Under the pieces are notes generated by a model. It saw only the letters and a list, made by a program, of their open reading frames with translations. It searched no databases and was not told the DNA's origin. This document shows, one piece after another, positions 55,362 through 63,429 of a DNA stretch of 64,000 nt. The stretch covers positions 5,920-69,919 of the forward strand of contig DASRPK010000118.1 of assembly GCA_035646395.1 (NCBI GenBank), read 5' to 3'. The stretch is from Gemmatimonadaceae bacterium. GTDB lineage: Bacteria; Gemmatimonadota; Gemmatimonadetes; Gemmatimonadales; Gemmatimonadaceae. The position numbers were made by a program, and so were the translations under genes. The stretch's first letter is position 1, and each line of letters opens with the position of its first letter.

Positions 55362-57068
55362 ATGACCACACACGAGAACTACGGAAACTCGGACGACCTG
55401 CCATTGATCATCCAGGGCGGGATGGGTGTCGGCGTTTCCAACTGGGTTCTCGCGAAGGCAGTCTCGATGCGTGGCCAGTTAGGCGTTGTATCCGGGACCT
55501 GTGTCGACTCGATTCTCGTGCGCCGGCTGCAGGACGGAGACATTGGTGGACACGTGCGTCGCGCGATGGCGCACTTTCCGATTCCGCACGTCGCAGAAGC
55601 GGTACTGAGCAAGTTCTTCATCGCCGATGGCCGACCGCCGCGCACGCCGTACAAGGCGCTCCCGATGTACAAGCAGACGGTGAGCCTGGCGCGGCAGCAG
55701 ATCACCATGATCGCGGCATTCGTGGAGGTCTGGCTGGCGCGTGAGGGGCACTCCCGCCCAGTCGGCATTAACCTGCTGACGAAAGTACAAATGCCCAACC
55801 TGCCGACGCTGTATGGCGCAATGCTGGCCGGCGTCGGCTACGTCCTCATGGGCGCCGGCATCCCGCGTGAGATTCCGGGGGTGCTCGACAACCTCGCGAA
55901 CCACGATTCCGTTTCCATCAAGTTCGACGTCGAAGGTCTCGCGGCAGGTGAGACCGAATATCTCCGCTTCGATCCCCGCGAGCACTGGTCTCCGGGTGAC
56001 CTGCTCTATCGTCCGCGATTCCTGGCCATCATCTCGGCGAATTCGCTGGCCACATCGCTCGCTCGTAAGGCAACGGGTCGGGTCGATGGCTTCGTCATTG
56101 AAGCGCCGACGGCGGGTGGACATAACGCACCGCCGCGCGGAGAGCTCAAGCTCAATGAGCAGGGCGAGCCGGTCTACGGTGAGCGCGACATCGTCGATCT
56201 CGACAAGATGATCGAGCTGGGATTGCCGTTCTGGCTCGCCGGTGGCGCCGGATCCCCCGAGCGACTCCAGGCGGCTCGCGCCGCCGGCGCCGCAGGGATC
56301 CAGGTCGGCACGTTGTTCGCGTATTGCGAAGAGTCCGGTTTCACGTCGGCACTCAAGAACCAGGTGCGGGACGGCGTTATGCAGGGACGCGTTGGCGTGC
56401 GAACGGATCCGCGCGCTTCGCCCACGGGCTACCCGTTCAAGATCGTCGAGATCGAAGGCGTGAACTCACGGGCCGAGGGTCGCAAACGATGCTGCGACCT
56501 GGGCTACCTCCGAACGGCGTATCGCGAGGAAAGCGGACGGCTCGGATACCGATGCGCGGCCGAGCCCATCGATACATACGTGAAGCGCGGTGGACAGATC
56601 GAGGACACGGAAGGGCGGAAATGCCTGTGTAACGGCTTGTTCGCGAACATCGGGCATGCCCAGGTTCGCAACGATGACGTGGATGAACGCCCGATCATTA
56701 CGAGTGGCGATGAACTCGCCTGCCTCGGCGCCTTCTTCGGCGAACATCCGCAATACACCGCCGGCGACGTGATCGAACACCTGCTCAGTCTCCACGTGGC
56801 GTCGAACGGACATGTCGCCTCCAACGGCGCTGCGTCATCCAATGGCCACGGATCACTCAATGGCGATCACGAGTCGAATGGGCATGCGCCCGTCAACGGT
56901 CAGGTTGCGCTCCTGAACGGTCAGCACGCGAATGGCAATGGGTCGGCCAATGGCAACCGATCGCGGAGCGCTCGCGACGCGGAGGACGCTGATCCGGCCG
57001 ACGCAGTCGGGCGGAATGGCAAAGGCGTGGCGAACCCGGCGCACGTTCATTCGCGAGTCATCGCATAA
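55362..57068 (+). CDS. nitronate monooxygenase-like (NMO/2-nitropropane dioxygenase family) protein with Asn/Gly-rich C-terminal tail
   Basis: From ATG 55362: LPLIIQGGMGVGVSNWVLAKAVS...GFVIEAPTAGGHNAPP...WLAGGAGSP. The last ~90 aa are SNGHVASNGHVASNGAASSNGHGSLNG... low complexity. Confidence 0.65.
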   Translation: MTTHENYGNSDDLPLIIQGGMGVGVSNWVLAKAVSMRGQLGVVSGTCVDSILVRRLQDGDIGGHVRRAMAHFPIPHVAEAVLSKFFIADGRPPRTPYKALPMYKQTVSLARQQITMIAAFVEVWLAREGHSRPVGINLLTKVQMPNLPTLYGAMLAGVGYVLMGAGIPREIPGVLDNLANHDSVSIKFDVEGLAAGETEYLRFDPREHWSPGDLLYRPRFLAIISANSLATSLARKATGRVDGFVIEAPTAGGHNAPPRGELKLNEQGEPVYGERDIVDLDKMIELGLPFWLAGGAGSPERLQAARAAGAAGIQVGTLFAYCEESGFTSALKNQVRDGVMQGRVGVRTDPRASPTGYPFKIVEIEGVNSRAEGRKRCCDLGYLRTAYREESGRLGYRCAAEPIDTYVKRGGQIEDTEGRKCLCNGLFANIGHAQVRNDDVDERPIITSGDELACLGAFFGEHPQYTAGDVIEHLLSLHVASNGHVASNGAASSNGHGSLNGDHESNGHAPVNGQVALLNGQHANGNGSANGNRSRSARDAEDADPADAVGRNGKGVANPAHVHSRVIA

Positions 57069-57136
57069 CGCGAAGCCTCTTCGCATAGCCATTCACGACC
57101 CTTCCCTTTCATGGGTGGGGCGCGCCAGCTTGCGGC

Positions 57137-58048
57137 ATGACGGCAATACGACTGATCGGCGTCCCGATGGACCTGGGCGCGTCGCGGCGCGGGGTCGACA
57201 TGGGCCCCTACGCCGTGCGCTACACCGACCTGCGCGAGCGCCTCGAGCGTATGGGTCACGAGGTCGATGACCTCGGCAACGTGGCGGTCCCGTTTCGTGA
57301 GGATGCCGAGCGCGGAGCCCAGCGCGGGGCGCGCTACCTTGGCGCCATAACGAGTGTCTGTCGTGATGTCGCGAACCTGACGAGGGCCGCACTGGAGCTG
57401 GGACGCTTTCCGATCCTGCTCGGCGGTGATCACTCACTCGCGGCCGGATCCGTCGCCGGCGCCGCCGCGTATCACGCCGCTCGCAACGAGCGCATCGGGG
57501 TTATCTGGATCGACGCACATGCCGACCTGAACACGCCCGGAAGCTCCAAGTCAGGGAACGTCCACGGTATGCCGCTGGCGCACCTGCTCGGCCACGGCGA
57601 TACCGCACTCGCCACCGCCGGCGGCATCCGTCCCGCGGTCAAGCCGAACAACGTCGCACTGGTTGGACTGCGCGATGCTGATGACGCGGAACGAGAGCAC
57701 ATCGGCAAGTGGAAGATCCGTGCCCTGACGATGCGGGCAATCGACGAACGCGGGGTGCGCAGTGTGATGGAAGAAGCGATCGCCGTGGCTTCGGACGGTA
57801 CGGCCGCCATCTGGGTCTCCTTCGACCTCGATGCGCTGACGCCTGAGGCCGCGCCAGGCGTAGGCACTGCGGTTCCGGGTGGAATGACGTACCGCGAGGC
57901 GCATCTCGCGATGGAAATGCTGGCCGATACGAAGCGCGTGATCGGCATCGACCTGGTCGAGGTGAATCCGGTGCTCGACAAGTTCAATCGGACGGCGGGG
58001 ATCGGGACGGACCTGCTGTTGAGCGCGATGGGGAAGCAGATCGTGTAA
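57137..58048 (+). CDS. arginase
   Basis: IGVPMDLGASRRGVDMGP...LGGDHSLAAGS...IWIDAHADLNTP...SGNVHGMPLAHLLG...SFDLDAL...DLVEVNP are the ureohydrolase Mn-binding motifs in the arginase pattern. Confidence 0.85.
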   Translation: MTAIRLIGVPMDLGASRRGVDMGPYAVRYTDLRERLERMGHEVDDLGNVAVPFREDAERGAQRGARYLGAITSVCRDVANLTRAALELGRFPILLGGDHSLAAGSVAGAAAYHAARNERIGVIWIDAHADLNTPGSSKSGNVHGMPLAHLLGHGDTALATAGGIRPAVKPNNVALVGLRDADDAEREHIGKWKIRALTMRAIDERGVRSVMEEAIAVASDGTAAIWVSFDLDALTPEAAPGVGTAVPGGMTYREAHLAMEMLADTKRVIGIDLVEVNPVLDKFNRTAGIGTDLLLSAMGKQIV

Positions 58049-58053
58049 ACAGA

Positions 58054-58088
58054 GCAAGAAGCAAGAAGCAAGAAGCAAGAAGCGAGAT
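58054..58088. repeat. GCAAGAA heptamer tract (4 units plus a degenerate one) directly after the arginase stop
   Basis: gcaagaagcaagaagcaagaagcaagaagcgagat. No inverted partner was seen. Confidence 0.8.
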
Positions 58089-58122
58089 GACAAACTGCGG
58101 CGGCACTTAATCGAAGCCTAAC

Positions 58123-59217
58123 GTGACCGAGGAACTGCAGTACACGCCACCTGACTTCGATTCGCCGCACCTCCGCGCGGCTCCACCGGCGCGCGTGGTG
58201 ACCTGCGAAGCGGACGGTGTCTTGCCCGAGGGCTTTTTCGCGACGACGAACCTGCCTTCCTACGTGAAAGGCGAAGATGGCCTGTGGCGCATGCCCCGCG
58301 AGCCCCGCATGGACGGCTGTCTCGTCAGGGATGAGAAGGGAGGTTGGTGGGTTCGCGAGGGACGTCGCGTGCGTCACGGCGACGCGGTCGTGGTGGGCAA
58401 GGCTGAAGATGGCAGTGAAGGCGTCCTGGTGCACGCGCACGGCTTCGAGCCACCGGGAAGCGTCACCGGTGACTTCCACTTCATGTCGAGCCAGGTCTCA
58501 CGCGAGAAGCCCATCGACTATGGGATGCTGGCGCGGATGCTCGTCGCCGAGCGACGGCGCGGGGGCTACGTCCTGTGGGTAACCGGCCCGGCGCTCGTGC
58601 ACTCCCGGGCGCGGGACAACCTGGTCTGGTTCATCCGTCACGGGTTCGTGCAGGCGTTGCTGGCGGGGAATGCGGTGGCCGTCCACGACATCGAGGCCGC
58701 GGTGGTGGGTACCACGTTAGGCATGACGGAACAGGGGATGCCCACCGAGGGTGGTCACTCCGCGCACATGCGCGCAATTAATTCAGTGCGGCGATCGGGT
58801 TCGATCGCCGCTGCCGTGCGGGATGGATTGATCGCCGAGGGTATCATGCACGCGTGCGTGATCGAGGAAGTGCCGTTCGTGCTGGCTGGATCGATCCGCG
58901 ATGATGGCCCTTTGCCGGACGTGTTCACCGATGCGGTCGCGGCACAGGACGCGATGCGAGCACACACGGTGAAGGCGACGATGGCGGTGATGGTCGCGAC
59001 CGCGCTGCACTCGATTGCGGTCGGCAACATGCTGCCGGCCTATTACGAGGATCCGGAGCGCGGAATTGTGGAGCTGCCGACGATCTGTGTGGATGCAAGC
59101 GAGTTTCTGGTCAGCAAGTTGAAGGATCGGGGGACGCACCAGGCGGTAGGCGTGGTGACGAATGCGCAGGATTTCATGAGCATTTTGAGGGCGGCGGTGG
59201 AGGAGGAGATGAGTTGA
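58123..59217 (+). CDS. TIGR00300-family (LOR/SDH conserved-region) protein, possible ornithine cyclodeaminase-type enzyme
   Basis: 364 aa, GTG start. The family call is from memory of this family's pattern (…WVTGPALVHSRARDNLVWFIRHGFVQALLAGNAVAVHDIE…), together with its position directly after arginase. Confidence 0.5.
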   Translation: MTEELQYTPPDFDSPHLRAAPPARVVTCEADGVLPEGFFATTNLPSYVKGEDGLWRMPREPRMDGCLVRDEKGGWWVREGRRVRHGDAVVVGKAEDGSEGVLVHAHGFEPPGSVTGDFHFMSSQVSREKPIDYGMLARMLVAERRRGGYVLWVTGPALVHSRARDNLVWFIRHGFVQALLAGNAVAVHDIEAAVVGTTLGMTEQGMPTEGGHSAHMRAINSVRRSGSIAAAVRDGLIAEGIMHACVIEEVPFVLAGSIRDDGPLPDVFTDAVAAQDAMRAHTVKATMAVMVATALHSIAVGNMLPAYYEDPERGIVELPTICVDASEFLVSKLKDRGTHQAVGVVTNAQDFMSILRAAVEEEMS

Positions 59218-59230
59218 GGGTCGAACGGGG

Positions 59231-59283
59231 GGCAGTCCGCGGCATATGGCAGTTCGCGGTGTACGGCAGTCTGCGCTTTTTTT
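59231..59283. terminator. three tandem ~17-nt GGCAGTNCGCGG units followed by a T7 run in the TIGR00300 / comM convergent spacer
   Basis: ggcagtccgcggcatat ggcagttcgcggtgtac ggcagtctgcgc ttttttt. The T-run suggests an intrinsic terminator for the plus-strand gene. The stem was not rigorously folded. Confidence 0.4.
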
Positions 59284-60805
59284 ACTCGCGCTGATCCGTC
59301 CGATAATGCAACGCCTCAGCCACATGCCGCTGTGTGATTCCGGGATCGGCATCGAGGTCTGCGATCGTTCGCGCCACCTTGAGGACGCGATGATATCCGC
59401 GGGCTGAGAGCGCGAGCCGCGTCGCGGCTGTGGCAAGCAATTCCCGCGCCGATGCGTCGATTCCACCATTCGCATCCAGCCAGCGGCCGTGCACGTGTGC
59501 ATTGCACGTCACCGACGCAAATGATCTGTAGCGGAGGGCCTGTCGAGCCCGAGCCAGTTCCACACGCTCGCGAATGACGCAGGACGCCTCCGCCCGCGAC
59601 GACTCGGCCAGCACCCGCAGCGGAACGGCCGGAACCCGCACGGTCATGTCGATCCGGTCGGCCAGCGGACCGGAGACTTTCGAGCGATGGCGAGCAACGT
59701 CGAGCGCAGAGCAGGTACAGCTCGTGCCGTTCGGGCTACCGAGCCGGCCGCATGGGCAGGGATTCATGGCGCCAACCAGCGTGAAGCGCGCGGGAAACGC
59801 GACTGACCGCGCCGCCCTGGCAATGACGACGCGCCCTTCCTCCAACGGCTGGCGCAGGGCATCCAGCACGTGACGCGGCATCTCCTGGAGCTCATCGAGA
59901 AAGAGGACGCCGTGGTGTGCGAGGCTTACCTCCCCCGGGCGCGGTCCGCTGCCTCCGCCGATCAGCGCCGCCGCCGACAACGTGTGATGTGGCGCGCGAA
60001 ACGGTCGACGGCCGGAGGGTGCTTCGCCAGGCGTCACCAGTCCCGCCACCGAGTGGATCGCCACCACATCGAGCGCTTCCGCTTCGCCTAACGCGGGAAG
60101 GATCGTGGGCAGCCGGCGGGCGAGCATCGTCTTGCCGGTCCCGGGCGGGCCGATCATCAGGACCGCATGGCCGCCGGCGGCCGCGATCTCGAGGGCCCGC
60201 TTGGCCAGTGGCTGACCGGCCACGTCCGCCATGTCCGCGGCGTCCTCCGGCTCATTCACCAGCGCAGCCACCGCCGGCGGTGCGGACAACGCGTCGCGGC
60301 GAAGGGCGTCCACCAGCATCGCCAGCGACTCGGCTGCACTGATTTTGATGGATGACACGAGAGCCGCTTCGGGAACGTTCGGCAGCGGGAGGATGAGGGT
60401 CGGATCCGTCGGTGCGCGGGCGAGCAGTCTGGCAACGGGCAGTACGCCCCGCACTGGTCGAAGTGACCCATCGAGCCCCAGTTCGCCGAGTGCGACGATG
60501 CCGTCGGTGGCACCATTGCGAAGTTGTCCGGTCGCCACGAGAAGCCCTAACGCGATCGGCAGGTCGAAGGCGGTGCCGTCCTTACGGGTATCGGCTGGGG
60601 CGAGATTAATAGTGACCCGCCTGGGAGGCACCTGGAAACCCGAATTGACGACCGCCGCCGATACGCGTTCCCGGCTCTCGCGAACCGCACCCGCCGGTAG
60701 ACCAACTATGGTCCATTGAGGTAGTCCGGCGGCGACGTCTACCTCGACCACAACGTGGTACGCGTCAATCCCTACGACGGCGGCCGATGCGATCGCGGCG
60801 AGCAT
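59282..60805 (-). CDS. YifB/ComM-family Mg-chelatase-like AAA+ ATPase
   Basis: N-terminal Lon-like domain (VVEVDVAAGLP...IVGLP), Walker A GPPGTGKTMLARRL, GVLFLDELQE, C-terminal ChlI-type region. Confidence 0.9.
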   Translation of the reverse strand: MLAAIASAAVVGIDAYHVVVEVDVAAGLPQWTIVGLPAGAVRESRERVSAAVVNSGFQVPPRRVTINLAPADTRKDGTAFDLPIALGLLVATGQLRNGATDGIVALGELGLDGSLRPVRGVLPVARLLARAPTDPTLILPLPNVPEAALVSSIKISAAESLAMLVDALRRDALSAPPAVAALVNEPEDAADMADVAGQPLAKRALEIAAAGGHAVLMIGPPGTGKTMLARRLPTILPALGEAEALDVVAIHSVAGLVTPGEAPSGRRPFRAPHHTLSAAALIGGGSGPRPGEVSLAHHGVLFLDELQEMPRHVLDALRQPLEEGRVVIARAARSVAFPARFTLVGAMNPCPCGRLGSPNGTSCTCSALDVARHRSKVSGPLADRIDMTVRVPAVPLRVLAESSRAEASCVIRERVELARARQALRYRSFASVTCNAHVHGRWLDANGGIDASARELLATAATRLALSARGYHRVLKVARTIADLDADPGITQRHVAEALHYRTDQRE

Positions 60806-60909
60806 GCGGTACGATCAGTCCACGCGCGCTGCGTGTCTTCATCGTCACAATGCGCATCGAAGCATTGGAACGCATCGAAGGCCGCGACTAGCGACCCGCA
60901 ACCTGTTTT

Positions 60910-60969
60910 CACGACTCACGATTCACGATTCACGAATCACGAATCACGAATCACGAATCACGAGTCACC
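60910..60969. repeat. CACGAAT heptamer tract (about 8.5 units) between the GGDEF-EAL stop and the comM start
   Basis: cacgact cacgatt cacgatt cacgaat cacgaat cacgaat cacgaat cacgagt cacc. Confidence 0.85.
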
Positions 60970-60980
60970 GGACCCCGCCT

Positions 60981-63344
60981 TCACGCCGCGGTGGCCGCTC
61001 GAATCAGGCCGACATCGGAGACAAGCAATTCCTCGATCGTCGCGCTCGACACGGGACGGCTGAAAAGAAACCCCTGCACCGCCTCACAGCCAAGCGACGC
61101 CAGTACCTCGAACTGCTCCCACTGTTCCACGCCTTCGGCAATGGTCCGCAAGTCGAGCGCCTCGGCGAGCGATACGATCGTGCGCACGAACGCCGCATCG
61201 TGATCGCCGCGCTGAAGACCCTCGGTGAACGATCGATCGATCTTGAGAATGTCGACCGGGAAGCGCTGCAAATAGGAGAGCGAGGAGTACCCTGTGCCGA
61301 AATCATCGATGGCCAGTCGCACGCCCAGTTGCTTGAGCTCCCGCAGCCGCGCCAATGTCGCTTCGGTCTCCTGCATGATCACGGTCTCGGTGATCTCCAG
61401 CACAAGGTTTTCTGGCGCCAGCCCGGAAGCCGACAGCGCGCCTTCCACAATAGCCGGCAGACCGGGGTCGGGAAGCTGGCGACCGGAAATGTTGACGGTC
61501 ACAGTGATCGGCTGGCGAGGACGGGCGGCATTCCATCCTGCTGCGCGGCGGCACGCCTCGCCTAACACGCGCGCACCTAACGGGATGATCATGCCGCTTT
61601 CTTCGGCAACGGGGATGAACACCGATGGCGGCACCGTGCCTCGGTCGATGTGCGACCACCGCAACAGCGCTTCGGCGCCGATGATCAGGCCGGTCGCGAC
61701 ATCGACGATCGGCTGGTAGGCCAGACCGAGCTCATTCCCGTCGCCTTCGATGGCACGGCGCAGGTCGGCTTCCAGAGACACGCGTTCGACGATCGCTTCA
61801 TGCATCCGCGGATCGTAGTGCACCCAGCCTCCGCGGGCCTGTGCCTTCGCCGCATACATGGCGACGTCGGCATTACGCAGCAGCTCGTCCGGCGACTCTC
61901 CGCCATGCCATGTCGCTATCCCGACGCTCGCCGACGCCACCACCTCACGTCCGGGGTCGATCTCGATCGGCCTTTCAAGCGCTCGCGTTATGCGCTGAGC
62001 CACGATCTCGACTCCCTCCCGACCATTCGGACTGTCAAGGAGCACCGCGAATTCGTCGCCACCGAGGCGTGCCACCGTATCGCAACCGCGCGTAGCGCTC
62101 AACAAACGGTCGCCGACGATGCTGAGCAAACGATCTCCAGCGCTGTGCCCCTGCGTGTCGTTTACCGCCTTGAAATTGTCCAAATCGAGGAACAACACCG
62201 ACAGCAGTTCGCGGTCACGCGCCAGGCGCGCCATCGCGTGGCCGAGCCGGTCAAGGAAGAGCGTACGATTGGCCAGCCCCGTCAAATGATCGTGGAACGC
62301 CTGATGGAGCAGCTGCGCCTCGAGTGTCTTTCGTTCGCTGATGTCCTGCACCATTGCGATCAGCCGGAATTCGTTGCGGTCTTCGGCTCGAGAGAGCGTG
62401 ACCGTACCCCAGCCGACACGGCCGTCCCCGCGAACGAACCGCAGCTCTGCGCTGCCGTTCTCGCGGGCTCCTGAACCGACATCGTGGAGGAGTTCCGCCA
62501 TCAGGTCGGCGTGCTCGGGCGGTGTGAAGTCCGTCAGACGTCGATCCCTCAGCTCCTCCTGACTCGCGCCGAGGAACTGTTCGAACGCAGCATTCGTGTC
62601 GCGTATGGTGGAATCGGCTCCCAGGACGACGATGCCTGTCGCCGAATGCTCGAACACGGCGCGGAAACGTTCATCGGCAGAGCGTGACGCCTCGATCGCG
62701 CGGCGTAGCGTACGTTCGTTCCACGCGGTCGCGTACGTGATGACTACGCCGCCGACAATGAGAAGCAGCACCTTCGCGGTTTCGTCGAGCCACGACGTGC
62801 CGGTCGTGACGACCGACTCCAGCGGTGACGGCAGCAACGATACCCGCGCCGTGAGCAGGAAGAAGAGCGCAACGACCGCGTATTGCACGGCGACCGTGGC
62901 CGACGCCGCCGCTGCACGCCGTGGCGAACCGGTAAAGGGTCGGGCAGCGAGGATGATGAAGTAGGCTGTCCAGATGGGTGACTTGACCGCGAGATCGGGA
63001 AGGCCTTGCAGTCCGTAGCCGAAGAGCAGCGTCGATACGGCCGTTATGTCGACGTACGTATTGATCGCCGACAGCGGCTGCCAGGGATATCGCTTGCGAT
63101 GAAAGCGGAAATGCTGAAAGACCGCCCAGGTGAGCATGGGCGTGAGCACGCCCACGTTCACAAGGTTCAGCTCACGCGTCAGTGCCGGCGCCCAGAGGGC
63201 GGCGACGAAGGCCAGCGAAATCAGGACACCGAGACGCACCACGTTCACGGTGCGCTCGGCCGCGATGTACTGCGCCTGAAGCACCGCGGCGGTCGCGGAC
63301 TCGAAGGGAGATTGTCCCGAAGAAGTGGAGTGGCGCATTGGCAC
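60981..63344 (-). CDS. membrane-bound PAS-GGDEF-EAL c-di-GMP signalling protein
   Basis: N-terminal multi-TM region, PAS (FRAVFEHSATGIVVL), RLGGDEFAVL (GGDEF), EALLRW and DDFGTGYSSLSYL (EAL). Confidence 0.9.
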   Translation of the reverse strand: MPMRHSTSSGQSPFESATAAVLQAQYIAAERTVNVVRLGVLISLAFVAALWAPALTRELNLVNVGVLTPMLTWAVFQHFRFHRKRYPWQPLSAINTYVDITAVSTLLFGYGLQGLPDLAVKSPIWTAYFIILAARPFTGSPRRAAAASATVAVQYAVVALFFLLTARVSLLPSPLESVVTTGTSWLDETAKVLLLIVGGVVITYATAWNERTLRRAIEASRSADERFRAVFEHSATGIVVLGADSTIRDTNAAFEQFLGASQEELRDRRLTDFTPPEHADLMAELLHDVGSGARENGSAELRFVRGDGRVGWGTVTLSRAEDRNEFRLIAMVQDISERKTLEAQLLHQAFHDHLTGLANRTLFLDRLGHAMARLARDRELLSVLFLDLDNFKAVNDTQGHSAGDRLLSIVGDRLLSATRGCDTVARLGGDEFAVLLDSPNGREGVEIVAQRITRALERPIEIDPGREVVASASVGIATWHGGESPDELLRNADVAMYAAKAQARGGWVHYDPRMHEAIVERVSLEADLRRAIEGDGNELGLAYQPIVDVATGLIIGAEALLRWSHIDRGTVPPSVFIPVAEESGMIIPLGARVLGEACRRAAGWNAARPRQPITVTVNISGRQLPDPGLPAIVEGALSASGLAPENLVLEITETVIMQETEATLARLRELKQLGVRLAIDDFGTGYSSLSYLQRFPVDILKIDRSFTEGLQRGDHDAAFVRTIVSLAEALDLRTIAEGVEQWEQFEVLASLGCEAVQGFLFSRPVSSATIEELLVSDVGLIRAATAA

Positions 63345-63429
63345 GGATCTTTACTGCAGACGTGTCCGTGCCGCCTCCGTCACATTCGCGGGTTCGTCCC
63401 GGGCGCCGTTGGCGCGGGACTGGATGACG

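Noticed and set aside
5887-61581. TTA codons acting as a bldA-like developmental or translational control, as in Streptomyces.
   Set aside because: The TTA codons occur in core housekeeping genes (prs, pth, rpsR, smc, the sigma factor, lepB) and almost always within the same DNA word. The same word also appears in other frames and on the antisense strand. Selection on the DNA motif explains this better than codon-mediated regulation.
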